This document shows, one piece after another, positions 62,801 to 64,000 of a stretch of DNA of 64,000 nt. The number at the start of each line of letters is the position of its first letter. The first letter of the stretch is position 1. The notes under the pieces are model-generated. The model saw only the letters and a program-made list of their open reading frames with translations, had not been told where the DNA came from and ran no database searches. The position numbers and the translations under genes were made by a program. Source of the DNA: Dudresnaya verticillata (lineage: Eukaryota). The stretch is taken from contig OZ374559.1 in NCBI GenBank assembly GCA_977862235.1, positions 1,054,001 through 1,118,000 of the forward strand. Reading direction: 5' to 3'.

Positions 62801-63947
62801 CAAAGCTAACACGGACTATTCCGCTCAAGACAATTACAGCCTATACCGCCGCAAAGGCCTTTTCCGACTACTGGGTTTATATCTATGGACCGCCACGGTA
62901 TGTGTTATCGGACAATGGGTTCCATTTTACCTCAAAGTTCTTCATGAAAATCTGCGGCATTACACGAGTGCGTTATCTATTTACGTCCACATATCACCCG
63001 CGAAGTGACGGCCATACCGAACGTTTTAATCGCACCATTCTAGCGGGGCTAAGGAACTTTATCGCTGAGAATCAGCGCGACTGGGGTGAGCTTTCTAACG
63101 CACTCACGTTCGAGTACAACACGACTGTGCATAAGGCAACGGGGCTGTCCCCTTTCGATCGGGTGATCTCAAATCCCCCGAACGCCCTGCTACTGGAGCG
63201 ATCGGATACGGTGGAGGTTGCTAACGTCCCCGCGACGAACGTCAAGAAACGCTTATCAGAGCGATAATGATGGACACGGCTCTTCCCCGTTTGAGGCTCT
63301 CGCAAAAGCGCTATCAAGGTGACTTCAGTCGAAGGGTTCGCCCTGCTAACCGGAATGTTCCAGTAGGAAGCTGGGTATTTCTAGAGCGCGAGACTCGGTT
63401 GAAATACTCGAATGGCGTGGATCGAGAATGCAAGCTGTTTCCTAAGGCGCTGGGCCCATACAAGTTCGTGGACCGTGAAACACACGTCGTCGTGCTTGAA
63501 GGCAAGGGTGAACGGGAATCAGTCTCCATAGACCGGGTGGCGCTGGTGCCTTCACCTGACGAGCCACTGGAAGATCGGGGAGAAGCCCCTACTATCATGG
63601 AAGATAATCCGGGTACGGGCCCAGGTCCCATCGAGTCGAGAACCGCGCCTCTAACAGTGTCCCAAGCGATGCAGGGGAATCCGGCTACCGCCACCTTGCC
63701 CACCGCTGAGGACAAGGACACAGGCCAAGAGCCCGAGATCTCGTCAGCGGAACGTCGCTTCTCCCTTTATCAGCGCCCTCCCGCGCGTGAGCATGTCTAT
63801 GACAGGATCGTGTCCTATGATCCCGAATCGAGGCGGTACAAGATCCGCTGGCACCAACGCTCTGCTGCGGATGATACGTGGGAACCACGGGAGAATCTCC
63901 CTCACCTCGTGGCGAGGTACCATCGCAAACGGGGCATTCCCCTCTAA
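59828..63947 (+). pseudogene. pol: pol of gypsy-2 (PR, RT, RNase H, integrase, chromodomain)
   Basis: LDTGAGPN, LRFCVDYRKLN, MPFG..NAP, DTDAC, GHPG, IDILGPL..DRFSK..SDNG..YHPRSDG.TERFN, and chromodomain YKIRW..DDTWEPRENL. Many frameshifts. Confidence 0.96.
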
Positions 63948-64000
63948 CTCGAGTAGGCGACTGCGTCGCCTCTGTGGGGATAGGAGTTGGCAAGTGATTG

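Larger units (their letters stand above)
55641..64000 (+). mobile_element. Ty3/gypsy chromovirus-like retrotransposon 2 (3' end outside window)
   Basis: 5' LTR 55641-56236 (TGTGGCACAACGG / CCGTGGTGCTACA), PBS TGGTCTCCCGA at 56238, then gag-pol. Confidence 0.93.

Noticed and set aside
1..64000. rRNA, tRNA, CRISPR arrays or prokaryotic operons
   Set aside because: None recognised. The sequence is eukaryotic in character.

Overview
This is eukaryotic nuclear DNA. The genes are compact and intron-poor, and two short GT..CTAAC..AG introns occur. A red-algal (Chondrus-like) origin is my inference only. The window has two zones. (1) 1-16.7 kb is host sequence dominated by an inverted duplication with arms 1-~3982 and ~6032-10006 (the left arm runs off the window). 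Each arm carries a tandem-DUF302 gene and an F-box/LRR gene. A ~2 kb unique spacer holds a possible glycosyltransferase, and a 234-bp foldback element follows the right arm. (2) 16.7-64 kb is a nested transposon island. It holds four different two-ORF PIF/Harbinger-superfamily (PHIS) elements (TSDs ATT, CAG, TGA and degenerate TTA), one pogo/Fot1-like element, one Ty3/gypsy with both LTRs and a TSD, a second chromodomain-bearing Ty3/gypsy running off the window, and many solo or partial LTRs. All TE enzyme genes carry stops, frameshifts or deletions. The best leads are: a ~658-codon antisense ORF inside gypsy-1; a captured ESCRT-III (Vps2/CHMP2-like) gene fragment inside a PHIS element; an alpha-crystallin-like segment in a PHIS ORF2; a ~1.8 kb homogenised tract in the inverted repeat; and repeated insertion into the same AT-rich LTR segment. 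All calls come from reading motifs by eye; no searches were run.
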